Below are positions 29,472 through 32,000 of a stretch of DNA of 32,000 bases, in pieces. The stretch's first letter is position 1, and each line of letters starts with the position of its first letter. The DNA comes from Tahibacter amnicola (GTDB lineage Bacteria > Pseudomonadota > Gammaproteobacteria > Xanthomonadales > Rhodanobacteraceae): NCBI RefSeq assembly GCF_025398735.1, contig NZ_CP104694.1, positions 4,707,465-4,739,464 on the forward strand. Direction: 5' to 3'. Under the pieces are notes generated by a model that worked only from the letters and a program-made list of their open reading frames with translations, searched no databases and was not told where the DNA came from. The translations under genes and the position numbers were made by a program.

Positions 29472-31127
29472 ATGCCACGTCAATTTCTTGTCGGAATTGC
29501 GGCCGTCGTGTGCGCGGCAGCTTTTTCCGCTACCGCCCAGGCTCGAACGTTTTTCCGCTCGGGTTTCGAGTCGCCAACCGATATCCCGGCGACCGACGCA
29601 CAGGCCGCGCGCTTCCTGACCCAGGCGACCTTCGGTCCGACCACCGCCGACATCGCACGGGTACGCACCGTCGGCCTGAGCCGCTGGATCGACGAACAGT
29701 TCAATGTTCCCCCGACCACGGCGCGCTCGTACCTGGAAGCGGTCGATGCCGCGAACGGCACTAGCAATGGCATCGGGCACACCCAGCGCTACGATCGCTG
29801 GTTCCACACCGCCGCCTACGGCCAGGACCAGTTGCGCCAGCGCATGGCCTGGGCGCTGTCGCAGATTTTCGTCATTTCCGACCAGAACGGCACGCTCGCC
29901 GGCGAACCGCTGTATGTCGCCGAATACTGGGACATGCTCGCCCGCGACGGCTTCGGTTACTACCGCCAGCTGCTCGAAAACGTTACGCTCAACCAGTCGA
30001 TGGGCAAGTACCTCAGCCACTTCCGCAACAAGAAGGCGAGTGCCACTTCCGAGCCCGACGAGAACTATGCGCGTGAAATCATGCAGCTGTTCTCGATCGG
30101 ACTGATCGAACGCGACCTGGACTTCTCGCCCATCCTCGACGGCCAGAACCAGCCCGTTCCGACCTACGACCAGAACGTCATCACGCAGTTGGCCAAGCTC
30201 TTCACGGGCCTCAATTACGCCAACGCGACCAACATCAACAACGGCTCGAACAGCCTGATGCCGATGACCTGCATCACCGCGGAGCACGACTTCACGGCCA
30301 AGACGGTGCTTGGCGGCGTCGTGCTGCCGGCGAATGCCCCCAGCTGCCTGGCTGACATCCGCGCAGGGCTCGACCTCATCGCCGCCCACTCGAACGTCGC
30401 GCCGTTTATTTCGCGCCAGCTGATCCAGCGCTTCGTCACCAGCAATCCCTCGCCCGAATACATCGAACGCGTGGCCCAGGTGTTCCTCAACAATGGCGAC
30501 GGCGAGATCGGTGACCTGCGCGCCGTGCTCAAGGCGATACTGCTCGACAGTGAAGCCCGCAACAACGCACCGCCGGCGAACTTCGGCAAGCTGCGCGAGC
30601 CGCTGCTGCGACTGACCGCCATGTGGCGCGCCTGGAATGCGCAGCCGCCGCCGACCACGCAGTTCGGCGAGATCAACATGGGTATTCCCGCCTTCGGTAA
30701 TTACGACTACGGGCAGAAGCCGCTGTCCGCGCCCACCGTGTTCAACTTCTACGAACCGGACTACCAGCCACCAGGCCCCCTGGCGGAAGCACACCTGTTC
30801 GCGCCGGAATTCCAGATCATCAACGAGTCGACCACCTACAGCATCTCCAACAGCCTGGCGCGCTACTCCTTCGAGTCTTACGTCGGCATGAGCTCGCCGC
30901 CGGCAGACCGCCCGCTGCTCAACCTCACTGCGCTGGCCGCCATCGCGACGCCGGCGGCCATGGTTGAAGACGCGAACCAGCGCATGATGTACGGGGCGAT
31001 GTCCGCAAACATGAAGACCGCACTGACGAACATGCTCACCTTCATGAACGGCGCCAACAACCTGGAAAAGGCGCGTTCGCTGGTTCAGCTGATCGCCATG
31101 TCGCCCGAATACGCCACGCAACGCTGA
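29472..31127 (+). CDS. DUF1800 domain-containing secreted protein
   Basis: 551 aa from ATG 29472 with signal peptide MPRQFLVGIAAVVCAAAFSATAQA. DQLRQRMAWALSQIFVIS and NYAREIMQLFSIGL are typical of DUF1800. The 784-aa minus-strand ORF across this region is a shadow ORF. Confidence 0.85.
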   Translation: MPRQFLVGIAAVVCAAAFSATAQARTFFRSGFESPTDIPATDAQAARFLTQATFGPTTADIARVRTVGLSRWIDEQFNVPPTTARSYLEAVDAANGTSNGIGHTQRYDRWFHTAAYGQDQLRQRMAWALSQIFVISDQNGTLAGEPLYVAEYWDMLARDGFGYYRQLLENVTLNQSMGKYLSHFRNKKASATSEPDENYAREIMQLFSIGLIERDLDFSPILDGQNQPVPTYDQNVITQLAKLFTGLNYANATNINNGSNSLMPMTCITAEHDFTAKTVLGGVVLPANAPSCLADIRAGLDLIAAHSNVAPFISRQLIQRFVTSNPSPEYIERVAQVFLNNGDGEIGDLRAVLKAILLDSEARNNAPPANFGKLREPLLRLTAMWRAWNAQPPPTTQFGEINMGIPAFGNYDYGQKPLSAPTVFNFYEPDYQPPGPLAEAHLFAPEFQIINESTTYSISNSLARYSFESYVGMSSPPADRPLLNLTALAAIATPAAMVEDANQRMMYGAMSANMKTALTNMLTFMNGANNLEKARSLVQLIAMSPEYATQR

Positions 31128-31139
31128 GGATTTGCCGCC

Positions 31140-32000
31140 ATGTCCAATGAATCGAAATCGCGCCGGCAATTCCTGAAATACCTCGGCGGCGTGCTGTGCG
31201 CCGGCGGCGCCAGCGCCCTGATCCCGCAGCTGCGCCTGATGGGCTCGGCAATGGCCGCCACCAATGGCAACGTGCCGGGTTACCGCGCGCTGGTCTGCGT
31301 GTATCTCTCGGGCGGCAATGACTCGTTCAATACGCTGATTCCCTACGACACGACACGACACGCCGCCTATACCACCGCGCGCGGCGGTACCTACAACGCC
31401 GGAAACAACGCGGCAGGCCTGGGCATCGCACGTACGGACCTGACCAGTGCCGTCCAGATCACCGACTCGGCGACCGGCGCGCTGTACGCGCTCAACCCGG
31501 GCAATGCGAACTACCCGGCGGGCATGAGCGATCTGGCGACCCTGTACCGGCAGAATCGCGTGGCCTTCATCGCGAACGTGGGCACGTTGACGCGCCCCAT
31601 CACGAAGGCCGAGTACACCTCCACCCCTTCGCTGCGTCCGCCGCAACTGTATTCGCACAGCGACCAGGAAAACCTCTGGCACCTGGCGCGAACGACGAGT
31701 CATCACCTGGGCTGGGGCGGACAAGTTGCCGACCGCACCCGCCTGAACAACCTCAATCAGGCCTTGTCGCCGTGCATCTCCCTGGCCGGCTCCAATCGCT
31801 TCCAGGTCGGCGACGATACCTTCCCGTACCAGATGGCCAGCTCGGGCGTCACCGCGCTGCGCAACATTTACAATAATTCCAGCAGCACAGGCGGGACCTA
31901 CGGCCCGCAGCGCGCCGGCGCCCTCGACCTGCTGCTGGCGGACGCCAACCCCTCGCCGTTCACCGCCGAATACGGCCGTACGTTCAAGCGCGCGCGCGAG
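31140..32000 (+). CDS. DUF1501 domain-containing protein with twin-arginine signal (3' end outside window)
   Basis: Open from ATG 31140 (SD GAGGA) to the window end, 287 codons with no stop, which is why it is absent from the ORF track. Tat signal SRRQFLKYLGG. CVYLSGGNDSFNTLIP and PQLYSHSDQ motifs are typical of DUF1501 (sulfatase/phosphatase-like fold). Confidence 0.88.
   Translation, partial: MSNESKSRRQFLKYLGGVLCAGGASALIPQLRLMGSAMAATNGNVPGYRALVCVYLSGGNDSFNTLIPYDTTRHAAYTTARGGTYNAGNNAAGLGIARTDLTSAVQITDSATGALYALNPGNANYPAGMSDLATLYRQNRVAFIANVGTLTRPITKAEYTSTPSLRPPQLYSHSDQENLWHLARTTSHHLGWGGQVADRTRLNNLNQALSPCISLAGSNRFQVGDDTFPYQMASSGVTALRNIYNNSSSTGGTYGPQRAGALDLLLADANPSPFTAEYGRTFKRARE

Noticed and set aside
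29370-31724. 784-aa ORF on the minus strand, the longest ORF in this part of the window
   Set aside because: It is antisense to the DUF1800 and DUF1501 genes, which carry signal peptides and family motifs. Its translation is Arg/Gly/Ala/Val-rich with no motif, SD or signal. This is a typical shadow ORF of high-GC DNA.

Overview
GC-rich (roughly two-thirds G+C by eye), densely coding chromosomal segment. The proteins look like those of a Xanthomonadales-type gammaproteobacterium, which is an inference from sequence style only. I call 25 protein-coding genes, with the first and last truncated by the window edges, plus several hairpin terminators and candidate operators. I found no rRNA, tRNA, CRISPR array, transposase/integrase, phage gene or long repeat. 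Most long ORFs antisense to the called genes are Arg/Pro/Ala-rich shadow ORFs typical of high-GC DNA. Content is mostly core: sbcB, ligA, epmA, yajD, an acyl-CoA carboxyltransferase, a PhzF-like isomerase, an MFS transporter and a GGDEF sensor. I do not see a convincing defence island or mobile element, so no novel system is demonstrated. The best candidates for something under-described are: (i) an HscC-type Hsp70 translationally coupled to a polytopic membrane J-protein whose catalytic HPD reads RPD, preceded by an odd terminator-palindrome-start arrangement; (ii) an overlapping Ser/Thr kinase / exonuclease I / DUF2461 gene string; (iii) a secreted lipase-like protein paired with an unknown secreted protein; (iv) an amicyanin-like cupredoxin with an expanded ligand loop fused to an unnamed domain, next to an orphan Cys-rich secreted protein; (v) a membrane LytTR regulator with no Shine-Dalgarno (SD) sequence and an upstream mini-ORF ending in ATGA; (vi) a DUF1800/DUF1501 pair and a stand-alone PSCyt1-like haem domain. 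All family assignments rest on motif recognition by eye and on remembered reference sequences, not on searches.
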